DNA from: an uncultured Bacteroidales bacterium
Lineage (GTDB): Bacteria; Bacteroidota; Bacteroidia; Bacteroidales; TTA-H9
Assembly (NCBI GenBank): GCA_964550695.1
Contig: CAZKCK010000001.1
Span: 7,427 to 71,426 of the forward strand
DNA: 64,000 nucleotides
Direction: 5' to 3'
Part shown: positions 10,907 to 20,711 of the stretch, piece after piece
How the letters are laid out: every line of letters starts with the position of its first letter
How positions within the stretch are numbered: the first letter of the stretch is position 1
Translations under genes and position numbers: made by a program
Notes under the pieces: model-generated
Database searches by the model: none
What the model was told of the DNA's origin: nothing
Seen by the model: the letters and a program-made list of their open reading frames with translations, nothing else

Positions 10907-12895
10907 ATGAAGGAGGAACTGTTCAACATACTCATTGTTGACGACAAACCCGAAAACCTTCTGACCCTGGAAAGCATTCTTGAGAGCCCGGAGTTAAATA
11001 TTGTTAAGGCTTCATCTGGTAATGAGGCTCTTGCATTGATGTGGGAGCATGAGTTTTCACTTGTACTGATGGATGTTCAGATGCCGGAAATGGATGGATT
11101 TGAAACGGCCGAAATCATGCGCTCACGGGAAAAAACCAAATCAATCCCAATTATTTTTGTTACCGCAATCAACAAAGACCGAAAGAATATTTTCAGGGGT
11201 TACGATACCGGTGCTGTGGATTACCTTTATAAACCCCTTGATCTTGAGGTCTTACGAATAAAAATTAAAGCATTTCTGGAATTCTTTAAAAGTCAGGAGG
11301 CCCTGAAAAGGACATCGAGAAAACTAGCCCAGACAGTTGTTGAACTTGAGAAGGCTAAATTCACTGCCGAGGAAGCAACACGTGCCAAAAGCATGTTTCT
11401 GGCAAGCATGAGCCACGAAATCAGAACTCCCATGAACGGGATTATTGGTATGACTGAATTACTTATGCTCGACAACCTGACTCCGAACCAACGCGACAAA
11501 GTTCTGGCAATCAAAGAAAGTGGCGAATCATTACTGGATATCATTAACGACATCCTGGATATTTCAAAAATAGAAGCAGAAAAGGTAATCCTCGACAATG
11601 CGCCTTTTGACATACAGGATATCTGCATTCGTGCTTCTAAAATGTTGTCAATTAAAGCTTTTGAAAAGGGATTAGGACTCAGTTTTAACATCGATCCCAC
11701 AATTCCTGAATTGATCGGCGATCCGGTACGTATCAGGCAAATATTGATAAACCTCATTGGAAATTCAATTAAATTTACACACAGCGGTTACATTGATATC
11801 GATATAACACAAACCAGAACCAACGAAGGAGTCAACCTTCAGCTTTCAGTGACCGATACAGGTATCGGAATTGCACCTGACCGGATTGGCCGTTTGTTTG
11901 AAAGCTATAACCAGGCCGACTCATCCATCAACAGCAATTATGGCGGAACCGGACTGGGACTTGCTATCTGCAAAAAACTTGTTCTGCTGATGAATGGCTA
12001 TATAAAAGTTGATAGCTTTCCGGGTGCCGGAAGTTGTTTTACCATAAATATCCCTTTAAAGACCTCGGGAAACAAGACTTTTTGCCAGGAGCATCCTGAA
12101 TTGAGCTCATCCTCTTACCTGATTATCGGACATGATTCAAAAGACAACCAATCCATAGTATCAAATCTTGAACAGGCCGGATCAGCTTGTTCACAATTAT
12201 GCACATTGCCTGAAATTCAAAATATTGATATACAGAATTTTAATTATGTGATGATTGATTCGGATGACTTAGCCGTTAAAAAAACAGATGATCCGGGGTT
12301 AATTCTAAAAAATACGTCAAAGCACCTGATGAATCTGAAAATTATCCTGTTCGGAAAAGACCCAACAATAAAACATGCATCAGAATTTACAAATTCGGAA
12401 TATATCGGGTTTATAAGCAAACCGATCATTATCAAAGAATTATATGGATTTATTCACAATACATCTAAACAAATAAACCAACCAACCGATCTTTCCGGCA
12501 AAGAAACATTGCTAAGTTCAAGACCACTACATATATTACTTGCTGAAGACCAGGTTATCAACAGAAAAATCGCTTCAGAGCTTCTGACCAAAAGAGGGTG
12601 GACGGTTGAGACCGCAGAAAACGGACTTATTGCAGTTGAAAAGTATCAAAACCATCACTTTGACCTTATCCTTATGGATGTTCAAATGCCAGTTCTTGAC
12701 GGTTATGAGGCTACACAACGCATCAGGGAAATTGAAAAAACCACAGGTCTCCGTATTCCTATTCTTGCCATGACCGCCCATGCAATGGTTGGTGATGAAG
12801 AAAAGTCACTTGACAGCGGGATGGATGCACATATTACCAAACCTTTTAAGCCCGCAGATTTATACGCAACCATCGAGAAAGCCATAAAACACTAA
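10907..12895 (+). CDS. Cytoplasmic hybrid histidine kinase (REC-HisKA-HATPase-degenerate REC-REC)
   Basis: - N-terminal REC: [12 protein letters not shown]...[13 protein letters not shown].
- H-box: [14 protein letters not shown].
- ATPase boxes: [27 protein letters not shown].
- A receiver-like degenerate segment follows: YLIIGHD...VMIDSD...ISKP.
- C-terminal REC: [12 protein letters not shown]...[13 protein letters not shown]...TKP.
- No TM segment is present.
- I trimmed the track's TTG start at 10859 to the ATG at 10907. Confidence 0.9.
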   Translation: MKEELFNILIVDDKPENLLTLESILESPELNIVKASSGNEALALMWEHEFSLVLMDVQMPEMDGFETAEIMRSREKTKSIPIIFVTAINKDRKNIFRGYDTGAVDYLYKPLDLEVLRIKIKAFLEFFKSQEALKRTSRKLAQTVVELEKAKFTAEEATRAKSMFLASMSHEIRTPMNGIIGMTELLMLDNLTPNQRDKVLAIKESGESLLDIINDILDISKIEAEKVILDNAPFDIQDICIRASKMLSIKAFEKGLGLSFNIDPTIPELIGDPVRIRQILINLIGNSIKFTHSGYIDIDITQTRTNEGVNLQLSVTDTGIGIAPDRIGRLFESYNQADSSINSNYGGTGLGLAICKKLVLLMNGYIKVDSFPGAGSCFTINIPLKTSGNKTFCQEHPELSSSSYLIIGHDSKDNQSIVSNLEQAGSACSQLCTLPEIQNIDIQNFNYVMIDSDDLAVKKTDDPGLILKNTSKHLMNLKIILFGKDPTIKHASEFTNSEYIGFISKPIIIKELYGFIHNTSKQINQPTDLSGKETLLSSRPLHILLAEDQVINRKIASELLTKRGWTVETAENGLIAVEKYQNHHFDLILMDVQMPVLDGYEATQRIREIEKTTGLRIPILAMTAHAMVGDEEKSLDSGMDAHITKPFKPADLYATIEKAIKH

Positions 12896-12905
12896 TCATA
12901 TTGTT

Positions 12906-15900
12906 ATGAAGTTTATTAAAAACCTGAAAATAAGACATAAACTCTATCTGATAACAGCCGTTTCTGTTATCAACATCCTGCTAGTGGGTATTACTGCAAA
13001 TTATTTTTTTAAAACCAGTGACGTTGTGGCTTATATCCTGAAAGGCCACAGGCTGCATAATGTTAATTTTCACGCAGGTATACGTGACTTTTACAAATAC
13101 CAGCTTACAAAGGATACCGTTGACCTGAACAATGCCATGGCCAAACTTGAGTATGCTGACAGGCTTTCGTACCTTTTTGGAAATATGAATATCATACCTT
13201 ATCAGCAAACACATGCTGAATTTGAAAAGACATTGTACAATTCATTCGGCGAAGCATTTGGTTATGATTTTAATGCGGCCAGAATAACCGCGAGCCGTGT
13301 AAAACTGCTTCTTAAACTGAACAGCCCAAATTTCAACCAAAGCCTTGAAATTGCACGTGAAGTTAATAAACGAGGACGTGATGTAATGAAGTACATGAAA
13401 ATGTACATGAAAACCCCTGATGACCAGGGTGTCAGGAAAAATCTTGATGAGGCCATAGCATCGGTTATCAGTTACGAAACCACATTTGCAAATGGGGTGA
13501 ATGGAATCAATACTTATGTAATGAAGCTCCTATTAACCGGAATTCTGGTGATTGTTGTGTTACTGGGAGCCCTGACACTGATAACCAGTCTGTACGTAGC
13601 CAAACTAATCTCCAGGCCTGTGCTGACCATTGTTGATAGTTTTAAAAACCTTGCTGATGGCGATCTCTCTTCTGAATTACTAATCACATCAACCGATGAA
13701 ATTGGTACGCTGGCCAAAGCCATCAATACAACCCTTAAGGTTCTCAAAGAAGTTACAAATCAGGCCAATAATATTGCAACCGGTGATTACAGTACTGTTA
13801 TTAAACCCAGATCCGATAAAGACGTGCTGAGCATTGCCCTCAGCCATATGACAGAACAACTGCGCATGAACGCACTTACAATCGGACAGCAAAACTGGCT
13901 TAATGAAGGTCTGGGTACGCTGAATGACCTTACGCGCGGCGACAAAGAACTCAATAAAGTTACCAAGGAAGTAATTACATTTATCACAAAATCAGTCAAT
14001 AGCAATGTGGGTTTATTGTATCTGAAAGACAATGATGGCATCCTGAACCTTGTTTCAACGTATGCTTATTACGACAGGCGTGGCAATTTCAGCAAGATAA
14101 AGCCAGGAGAAGGTATCATTGGTCAAACTGCAATTGAGCGTGAAATAATTGAATTCAAAGGGATTAAAGATGATGCTCCAACATTCAACAATGGCCTTCA
14201 GGAAGAAATCCCCACATTTATACTCACAGCTCCCCTGGTTTTTGAAGACGAACTTATTGGGGTGATACTGCTCGGAAAACAGGAAACGTTTAATGATATA
14301 CAGAAACAATTTATCAGGACAGCTCTTGAAAATACTTCAATCTCAATAAACTCAACAATCACAAGATCAAAAATTGAATTACTGCTTCACCAAACGCAGG
14401 AACAGGCTGAAAAACTACAGGTTCAGCAGGAAGAATTGAGGCAGAGCAACGAGGAACTTGAAGAACAGACCCGGGCCTTGAAGGCATCAGAAGAAGCGCT
14501 ACAGGCGCAACAGGAAGAATTGCGCGTGACCAATGAAGAACTTGAAGAGCGCACCAGAACCCTTGAAAAAGAAAGAGATACTATTTCCAAAAAAAATCAG
14601 GAACTGCGACTGATGCAGGAAGAAGTAGAGAAAAAGGCACGCGATCTCGAAACTGCCAGTAAATACAAATCAGAATTTCTGGCCAATATGAGTCACGAGC
14701 TCAGGACACCCCTCAACAGCATTCTGGTTTTGTCACAACTTCTTGCTGATAATAAAGCCGGGAATCTTCAGGAGAAACAAATAGAATTTGCTAAAACCAT
14801 CAACTCCTCAGGTGCTGATCTGCTTTCACTCATCAACGACATCCTGGACCTTTCAAAAGTTGAATCGGGCCGTATTGATATACACCCCGAAAGAATCATT
14901 TTATCGGAAATTGCGGCCTGGACCGAAAAAATATTCTCGCCCATGGCGCTTGAAAAAAGCATTTCATACAATACAATTATCGATGAAAGCCTTCCGTCAT
15001 TTATACTTTCGGACTATAAACGGCTTAGTCAGATCATTAAAAACCTGTTATCGAACGCAATCAAATTCACCGATAAGGGAGGCGTAACACTGAAAATTTC
15101 AAAACCTTTACCTGATACAAAATTCAGAAGAACCGGTTTCAATGCTGCCGAAACAATAGCCTTTACCATATCAGATACCGGAATAGGAATAGCCTCTGAC
15201 AAACAACAGGTTATTTTTGAAGCCTTCCAGCAGGCTGATGGCACTACAAGCCGGAGGTATGGAGGCACAGGGCTCGGGCTTACCATTTCAAGAAGTTTTG
15301 CTCAAATCCTTGATGGTGAAATTCACCTGAACAGCAAGGTAGGGGAGGGGAGTTCATTTACACTTTTTATACCTTATGCTATTTCAGGTGCTGAATATAT
15401 GGCAAATGAACCCATTATTGAAACAAAAGAAACAGGAATATCAACCACTTCTTTTCAAAGCAAGAAACCAATACAGGTATCTCAATCAATAACCGATGAC
15501 CGCGATAACCTGCTGCCCGGAGACAGAACAATACTCATTATTGAGGATGATGTAAATTTCTCATCGGTATTGTGCAATCTGGCACGTGAAAAAGGCTTTA
15601 AATGCATTGTAGCCGATGAAGGTGAATCAGGGCTGCATTATGCTGATTTTTATAAACCCAGTGCCATCATCCTTGACATTGGCCTTCCGGGAATCGACGG
15701 GTATGAGGTTTTACGGCGTATCAAAGCAAATCCCGAAACAAGGCATATTCCGGTTCATTTCATGTCAGCAAGAGAAGAATCGAATGATGCATTGAAAATG
15801 GGCGCCATCGGATTTCTCTCAAAACCGGTAAGCCTCGAAAAACTCTCATCGGCATTTAAGCGTATTGAAGATTTTATTTCGAAGGAAGTAAAAAAACTAC

Positions 15901-16694
15901 TGATTGTTGAAGACGATGCCAACATGCGCAAAAGTATTACCGAACTTATTGGCGACAAAGATGTGAATACAGTGGCAGTTGACAGTGGTGAAAAAGCCTA
16001 TGAATTGCTGCTAAAAGAACAATTTGACTGCATCATTCTGGATTTGGGGCTCAAGGGCTCCAGTGGAATTGACATCCTGGAAAAAATCAGAAAAAACGAT
16101 GCGATTTCCCATGTTCCGGTTGTTATTTATACGGGCAAGGACCTGAGCATTGAAGAAGAAACCATGCTTAAAAAGTATGCTGACAGTATCATTATCAAAG
16201 GAGCCAAATCACCAGAGCGGCTGCTTGCAGAAACTTCCCTCTTCCTGCACAGGGTTGAAGCCAATCTGCCGGGTGATCGCAAAAAACAGCTCGAAATGCT
16301 GCAGGACAAAGAAGATATTTTCAAGCAGAAAAAGATTCTTTTAGTTGACGATGACATGCGCAATGTATTTGCTTTATCGAGCGTACTTGAAGAAAAAGGA
16401 ATGCACATTGTGGTTGGCCGTAACGGACGCGATGGACTTGAAAAACTGGCTAAAAATCCTGATATAAACCTCATCATTATGGACATTATGATGCCCGAAA
16501 TGGATGGTTATGAGGCAATCAGAGAAATACGCAAAAATCCCCTTTCGCAAAAGTTACCGGTTATTGCGCTCACAGCCAAGGCAATGAAAGATGACCGTGA
16601 AAAATGTATTGCGGCCGGAGCCAATGACTATCTCACAAAACCGGTTGATACCGCAAGGCTATTATCACTGCTACGTGTTTGGTTATATAAATAA
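12906..16694 (+). CDS. Transmembrane hybrid sensor histidine kinase (TM-periplasmic domain-TM-HAMP-HAMP-like-GAF-coiled coil-HisKA-HATPase-3xREC)
   Basis: - Two TM helices (LYLITAVSVINILLVGITANYFF and ILVIVVLLGALTLITSLYVAKLI) flank a domain of about 170 aa.
- HAMP: DEIGTLAKAIN.
- GAF-like: GLLYLKD...GEGIIGQTA...LTAPLVFEDELIGVILLG.
- H-box: MSHELRTPLNSIL.
- G-box: GGTGLGLTISR.
- Three receivers: ILIIEDD...IILDIGLPGIDG, LLIVEDD...IILDLGLKGSSG, ILLVDDD...IIMDIMMPEMDG. Confidence 0.92.
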   Translation: MKFIKNLKIRHKLYLITAVSVINILLVGITANYFFKTSDVVAYILKGHRLHNVNFHAGIRDFYKYQLTKDTVDLNNAMAKLEYADRLSYLFGNMNIIPYQQTHAEFEKTLYNSFGEAFGYDFNAARITASRVKLLLKLNSPNFNQSLEIAREVNKRGRDVMKYMKMYMKTPDDQGVRKNLDEAIASVISYETTFANGVNGINTYVMKLLLTGILVIVVLLGALTLITSLYVAKLISRPVLTIVDSFKNLADGDLSSELLITSTDEIGTLAKAINTTLKVLKEVTNQANNIATGDYSTVIKPRSDKDVLSIALSHMTEQLRMNALTIGQQNWLNEGLGTLNDLTRGDKELNKVTKEVITFITKSVNSNVGLLYLKDNDGILNLVSTYAYYDRRGNFSKIKPGEGIIGQTAIEREIIEFKGIKDDAPTFNNGLQEEIPTFILTAPLVFEDELIGVILLGKQETFNDIQKQFIRTALENTSISINSTITRSKIELLLHQTQEQAEKLQVQQEELRQSNEELEEQTRALKASEEALQAQQEELRVTNEELEERTRTLEKERDTISKKNQELRLMQEEVEKKARDLETASKYKSEFLANMSHELRTPLNSILVLSQLLADNKAGNLQEKQIEFAKTINSSGADLLSLINDILDLSKVESGRIDIHPERIILSEIAAWTEKIFSPMALEKSISYNTIIDESLPSFILSDYKRLSQIIKNLLSNAIKFTDKGGVTLKISKPLPDTKFRRTGFNAAETIAFTISDTGIGIASDKQQVIFEAFQQADGTTSRRYGGTGLGLTISRSFAQILDGEIHLNSKVGEGSSFTLFIPYAISGAEYMANEPIIETKETGISTTSFQSKKPIQVSQSITDDRDNLLPGDRTILIIEDDVNFSSVLCNLAREKGFKCIVADEGESGLHYADFYKPSAIILDIGLPGIDGYEVLRRIKANPETRHIPVHFMSAREESNDALKMGAIGFLSKPVSLEKLSSAFKRIEDFISKEVKKLLIVEDDANMRKSITELIGDKDVNTVAVDSGEKAYELLLKEQFDCIILDLGLKGSSGIDILEKIRKNDAISHVPVVIYTGKDLSIEEETMLKKYADSIIIKGAKSPERLLAETSLFLHRVEANLPGDRKKQLEMLQDKEDIFKQKKILLVDDDMRNVFALSSVLEEKGMHIVVGRNGRDGLEKLAKNPDINLIIMDIMMPEMDGYEAIREIRKNPLSQKLPVIALTAKAMKDDREKCIAAGANDYLTKPVDTARLLSLLRVWLYK

Positions 16695-16700
16695 ATACCG

Positions 16701-18317
16701 ATGGACAATAAACCAAAAATACTGATTGTTGACGACAAAGAACAGAACCTGATTACCCTCGAAGCTGTATTGGGCGATTTTGAGGTAGAATTTATTCGGG
16801 CATTGTCAGGCAACGAAGCCCTGGCTCTCAGCCTTGAATCTGACTTTGCCCTGGCCATCATCGATATTCAGATGCCGGATATGGACGGCTATGAAACCGT
16901 AAAGCTGATGCGGCAGGTGAATCGCACAAAAAATCTGCCAATAATATATGTATCAGCAATTTACAAAGAGGAGTTTCATGTTGTAAAAGGCATTGAAGCC
17001 GGAGCTGTTGATTTTATTGTGAAGCCAATACTGCCTGAAATTCTGAGAGGTAAGGTTAAGGTTTTTCTAGAGCTTTACAGGCACAGGGTGAACCTTGAAG
17101 AGCTGGTTACCCAGCGCACCAATGAATTACAGCGTAAAAATGAACAGTTTCTGCACGAAAAGCAAAAAGCTGAAGCTGCAACCAATTCCAAATCAATGTT
17201 TCTGGCAAATATGAGCCACGAAATAAGGACTCCATTGAATGGGATTATCGGGATGGCAAATCTGCTTAAACGCACCGGATTAAATGCTGAGCAAAAGGAA
17301 ATGCTGGATATCATTTCAATATCGAGCGATTACCTTTTAACGGTAATCAACGACATTCTCGATTTTTCTAAAATTGAATCCGGTCAGGTTGAACTTGAAA
17401 ACATCCCTTTTAACCTGTTGGAAACCCTGAATGAAACCCTGACCATATTCATTCCACGTCTGCTTGATTCTCCTGTAAAAATGGAATTAAAACTATCACA
17501 GACGGTGCCAAAATATGTAAAGGGCGATCAGGTCAGGCTCAAACAAATCCTAAGCAATTTACTGGGAAATGCAGTAAAGTTTACCGAAAAAGGGCAAATC
17601 CTGCTCGAAGTCAGGTTACTGGAAGAAGGTGCTGATTATTTGAAACTGAAATTTGATGTAAAAGATACCGGTATCGGTATTGACGAAGACAACCTATCTA
17701 AACTCTTCAGGTCATTTTCACAGGCTGATGCATCAACTACCCGCAAGTACGGAGGAACAGGGCTCGGCCTTGCCATTAGTAAAAACCTTACTGAAATGAT
17801 GGGTGGCAATATTGATGTTAAAAGTAAAAAAGGACAGGGTTCCGATTTCTTCTTTTCTATAAGATTTGACAAAATTACGGATGAAAATGAAATTCAGAGG
17901 TTAATAAAAGCCAAGCCTGACCTGCATGTGATTAACAATACAAAGAAAATACTGCTTGTTGAAGACAATGTTATCAACCAGAAAGTAGCTTCATACACAC
18001 TTAAAAACCTGGGTTTTAATTACAGGATAGCGAATAACGGACGTATTGCTTTTGAACTGTACAAAGAAGAACCATTTGACATTATCCTGATGGATATACA
18101 AATGCCTGAAATGGATGGCATTGAAGCAACTCAGGCAATCAGGGCCTATGAAGCCGACATCAACTTAAAACCCGGTGTAACCATTATTGCCCTTACTGCC
18201 AATGCCATTAAAGAAGCCATTGATGAATACCTTAAAAAGGGAATGAATGGCTTTTTGCCAAAACCATTTAAACCAGAAGAACTTCTACGTTTAATTAACA
18301 CGCTTTCAAATGAATAA
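16701..18317 (+). CDS. Cytoplasmic hybrid histidine kinase (REC-HisKA-HATPase-REC)
   Basis: - N-terminal REC: [11 protein letters not shown]...[12 protein letters not shown].
- H-box: [14 protein letters not shown].
- G-box: [11 protein letters not shown].
- C-terminal REC: [12 protein letters not shown]...[13 protein letters not shown]...PKP.
- No TM segment is present. Confidence 0.9.
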   Translation: MDNKPKILIVDDKEQNLITLEAVLGDFEVEFIRALSGNEALALSLESDFALAIIDIQMPDMDGYETVKLMRQVNRTKNLPIIYVSAIYKEEFHVVKGIEAGAVDFIVKPILPEILRGKVKVFLELYRHRVNLEELVTQRTNELQRKNEQFLHEKQKAEAATNSKSMFLANMSHEIRTPLNGIIGMANLLKRTGLNAEQKEMLDIISISSDYLLTVINDILDFSKIESGQVELENIPFNLLETLNETLTIFIPRLLDSPVKMELKLSQTVPKYVKGDQVRLKQILSNLLGNAVKFTEKGQILLEVRLLEEGADYLKLKFDVKDTGIGIDEDNLSKLFRSFSQADASTTRKYGGTGLGLAISKNLTEMMGGNIDVKSKKGQGSDFFFSIRFDKITDENEIQRLIKAKPDLHVINNTKKILLVEDNVINQKVASYTLKNLGFNYRIANNGRIAFELYKEEPFDIILMDIQMPEMDGIEATQAIRAYEADINLKPGVTIIALTANAIKEAIDEYLKKGMNGFLPKPFKPEELLRLINTLSNE

Positions 18318-19173
18318 AAACCAGGGACCAGAATTAAACCATGAAAATCTGAATATAGAAATAAAGCTTTTACTCGAAGCTTTGTATCTTAAATATGGTT
18401 ATGATTTCAGGAGTTATTCACAGGCGCATATAAAACGCCGGTTGCTGCACCGTATGAACCTGAGCAACTGCAACAGCCTTTCTGAAATGCAATATAAAAT
18501 ATTGTATGATCAGGCATATGCCCAACAGGTATTATTTGATTTCTCAATAAACGTTACTGAAATGTTCCGTGATCCGGATTTTTACAAAGCTGTGAGAGAG
18601 CAGGTGGTTCCAATCCTGAAGACCTATCCGTTTATAAAAATCTGGCATGCAGGATGTTCAACGGGTGAGGAGGTCTACTCAATGGCCATTCTGTTAAAGG
18701 AAGAAGGTCTTTTTGAAAGATCGCAGATTTATGCTACCGACTTTAACCAGAAAGTACTGAAAACGGCAAAAGATGGCATTTTCCCGATTGATAAAATTAA
18801 AGAATACACTTACAATTATCAGAAAGCTGGCGGAAAAGAGTCATTTTCAAACTATTACGATGCGGATTACAATTCAGTGATCATCGATAAAAATTTAAAA
18901 AAGAATATCGTTTTTGCTGATCATAACCTCGTGACTGACAGTGTATTTGCTGAGGTTAATCTGGTTTTCTGCCGGAATGTGCTGATTTATTTTACCAAAG
19001 AACTTCAGGATAAGGTAATCCGGCTTTTTCTCGAAAGCCTGATTCCGGGTGGTGTTTTATGCCTTGGATCAAAAGAAAACATACAATTCTCTGAACATGG
19101 CAGTCATTTTTCAGTAATTAACCGTAACGAAAAGATTTTTAAAAAGGAATATTCTTACAAAAACACCCTGTGA
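18310..19173 (+). CDS. cheR: CheR-type protein-glutamate O-methyltransferase
   Basis: It has the all-alpha N-terminal region plus the SAM-binding core [19 protein letters not shown] and [10 protein letters not shown]. Its start overlaps the upstream kinase stop by 8 nt (ATGAATAA). Confidence 0.85.
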   Translation: MNKNQGPELNHENLNIEIKLLLEALYLKYGYDFRSYSQAHIKRRLLHRMNLSNCNSLSEMQYKILYDQAYAQQVLFDFSINVTEMFRDPDFYKAVREQVVPILKTYPFIKIWHAGCSTGEEVYSMAILLKEEGLFERSQIYATDFNQKVLKTAKDGIFPIDKIKEYTYNYQKAGGKESFSNYYDADYNSVIIDKNLKKNIVFADHNLVTDSVFAEVNLVFCRNVLIYFTKELQDKVIRLFLESLIPGGVLCLGSKENIQFSEHGSHFSVINRNEKIFKKEYSYKNTL

Positions 19174-19745
19174 AAAATAAAAATCAATACAAGGCTGTGG
19201 TCATTGGTGCATCGGCAGGAGGGCTTGATGCGCTTTCAAGGCTTTTGTCCGGAATTCCCGAAAGCTTTAAACTGCCTGTATTGATTGTTCAGCATTTGAG
19301 TCCGCATTCTGATAACTATCTGGCACAGCACCTTAATAACCTTTCGGCTTATACCGTGAAAGAAGCGGAAGAAAAGGAAACAATTTCGCAACATACAGCC
19401 TACATTGCTCCTCCCAACTACCATTTGCTGGTGGAAGATAATCTAACACTATCGCTGAGCGTGAGCGAAAAAGTAAACTATGCAAGACCCTCGCTTGATG
19501 TATTGTTTGAAACTGCTGCGTACGCCTATGGCAAAGGTCTGATATGCATTGTTCTCACCGGAGCCAATAACGATGGAAGTAAAGGAGCCCGTACGGTAAA
19601 AGATTTTGGTGGACTTGTAATTGTTCAGGATCCTGATACAGCTTATGTAAAAACAATGCCAGAGGCTGTAATAGCAATTGTAAAACCCGATTATATCCTT
19701 CCGATCGAAAAAATGCCGGAACTGCTTCTGAATCTGGTAAAATAA
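19170..19745 (+). CDS. cheB: CheB-type protein-glutamate methylesterase, catalytic domain only (no receiver)
   Basis: Candidate catalytic residues are Ser in VIGASAGG, His in LIVQHL and Asp in TGANNDG. The protein is 191 aa. Its GTG start overlaps the cheR stop (GTGA). Confidence 0.85.
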   Translation: MKNKNQYKAVVIGASAGGLDALSRLLSGIPESFKLPVLIVQHLSPHSDNYLAQHLNNLSAYTVKEAEEKETISQHTAYIAPPNYHLLVEDNLTLSLSVSEKVNYARPSLDVLFETAAYAYGKGLICIVLTGANNDGSKGARTVKDFGGLVIVQDPDTAYVKTMPEAVIAIVKPDYILPIEKMPELLLNLVK

Positions 19746-19749
19746 AATA

Positions 19750-19768
19750 AAGCCCTTTATGGGGGCTT
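19750..19768. terminator. Hairpin between cheB and tRNA-Phe (possible bidirectional terminator)
   Basis: The stem aagccc/gggctt encloses a 7-nt loop. It is flanked by an A-rich tract upstream and a weak T-rich tract downstream. Confidence 0.4.
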
Positions 19769-19783
19769 CGTTTATCCTGAGGG

Positions 19784-19856
<73 letters not shown>

Positions 19857-19932
19857 GTCACAATTGGAGGTGCAAAGATACATCTATTTTTTTTTGCTCC
19901 AAATTTTTTTTTTCACATCTTTAAGGGAAGCT

Positions 19933-19940
19933 TACTTTTG
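19933..19940 (+). promoter_or_regulatory. Bacteroidota -7 promoter box TACTTTTG
   Basis: TAnnTTTG match 18 nt upstream of the coaX ATG. Confidence 0.5.
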
Positions 19941-19958
19941 CAATGAAAATTATTTCTA

Positions 19959-20711
19959 ATGATAAGTATCGCAATTGATTTGGGAAATACAAACCAGAAG
20001 GTGGCTCTGTACAACGGTGACCTGAATGTGGCAACGGGCATCTTTGCCCGGCTCTCACCTGCAATTCTTCAGAATTTCATTGATGAGCATTCTCCTAATT
20101 CCGGGCCACCAACATCAGCAATACTTGCAACGGTTGTTGATATTCAGGGAGAATTGCTGCAATATCTAAAAACCAACTTTCATTATTTTCAGTTGAATCC
20201 GGGCTTACCCTTACCTATTACCATTGCATACCAAACGCCACAAACACTTGGACCTGACAGAATTGCAGCAGCCGTTGCTGCAGGCAGCAGGGCCGGAGAA
20301 TGTGCTTCGCTGTCAATAACTGCAGGTTCATGCATCATTTATGACTTTGTTGACCAACACAAAGTATATCATGGAGGTGCAATATCACCCGGTCTTGAAA
20401 TGCGTATGAAGGCTCTGAATACTTTCAGCAACAAGTTGCCGTTAGTTACAGCACAGCCGTTTGATGAACTTATTGGGCGTACTACAAATGAATCAATTTT
20501 ATCAGGGGTATTAAATGGAATTGCACATGAAATTGACGGTTTTATCGACAAATTCAGACTAAAATATCCTGAAATTATCGTATTTATGAGTGGTGGTGAT
20601 CTTAATTATTTTGATAAACGACTAAAAAATAACATCTTTGCAGTCCCGAATCTTGTTCTTGAGGGACTTAATAAAATAATACTGTTTAATGAAAACCACC
20701 AACAGGTTTAG
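19959..20711 (+). CDS. coaX: Type III pantothenate kinase
   Basis: The N-terminus ISIAIDLGNTNQKVALY carries the ASKHA phosphate-1 motif. GPDRIAAAVAA and the 250-aa size fit CoaX. Confidence 0.85.
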   Translation: MISIAIDLGNTNQKVALYNGDLNVATGIFARLSPAILQNFIDEHSPNSGPPTSAILATVVDIQGELLQYLKTNFHYFQLNPGLPLPITIAYQTPQTLGPDRIAAAVAAGSRAGECASLSITAGSCIIYDFVDQHKVYHGGAISPGLEMRMKALNTFSNKLPLVTAQPFDELIGRTTNESILSGVLNGIAHEIDGFIDKFRLKYPEIIVFMSGGDLNYFDKRLKNNIFAVPNLVLEGLNKIILFNENHQQV

